Below are positions 63,913 to 64,000 of a stretch of DNA of 64,000 bases, piece after piece. Position 1 is the first letter of the stretch. The number at the start of each line of letters is the position of its first letter. The position numbers were made by a program, and so were the translations under genes. The stretch is from NCBI GenBank assembly GCA_024679065.1, contig JAGIQG010000015.1, forward strand, positions 33,976,001-34,040,000. Reading direction: 5' to 3'. A model generated the notes under the pieces. It did not search any database. It was not told the origin of the DNA and worked only from the letters and a program-made list of their open reading frames with translations. The stretch comes from Sphyrna mokarran (Eukaryota).

Positions 63913-64000
63913 CTAAAGTTTTCATTCTGACCTGGCAGGGTCTAGCATACCTTCAGTAATACTTTACTTCTGTTACTATTTATTAATTCTGCCACAAATA

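Noticed and set aside
57724-64000. AKT1 start-codon exon or promoter
   Set aside because: No sequence encoding the expected KEGWLHKR-like peptide and no CpG island seen; it lies beyond the window

Overview
Vertebrate genomic DNA, almost certainly a shark/elasmobranch (dense HE1-type V-SINEs and CR1/HER1-like LINEs). It holds two convergent genes. The last two coding exons of SIVA1 lie on + (2049-3521, AATAAA at 3654). Twelve of 13 coding exons of AKT1 lie on - (57723 to 23173; all GT-AG and in phase; the ATG exon lies beyond 64000). The rest is intronic or intergenic: several SINE families, CR1, Rex1/Babar and CR1-Zenon-like LINE fragments, a decayed Gypsy LTR element, Penelope-like ends, and repeat-free blocks that look like conserved enhancers. 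Best leads: (1) a young CR1 LINE whose 3'UTR carries a V-SINE core domain, with four copies in the window, two nested antisense in SINEs; (2) a multimeric U2-snRNA-derived poly(A)-tailed element at about 30.0-30.3 kb; (3) a V-SINE subfamily with a Rex1-like tail showing a compensatory stem change; (4) a candidate distal alternative AKT1 last exon lacking the hydrophobic motif. Repeat family names and boundaries come from motif recognition by eye and are approximate.
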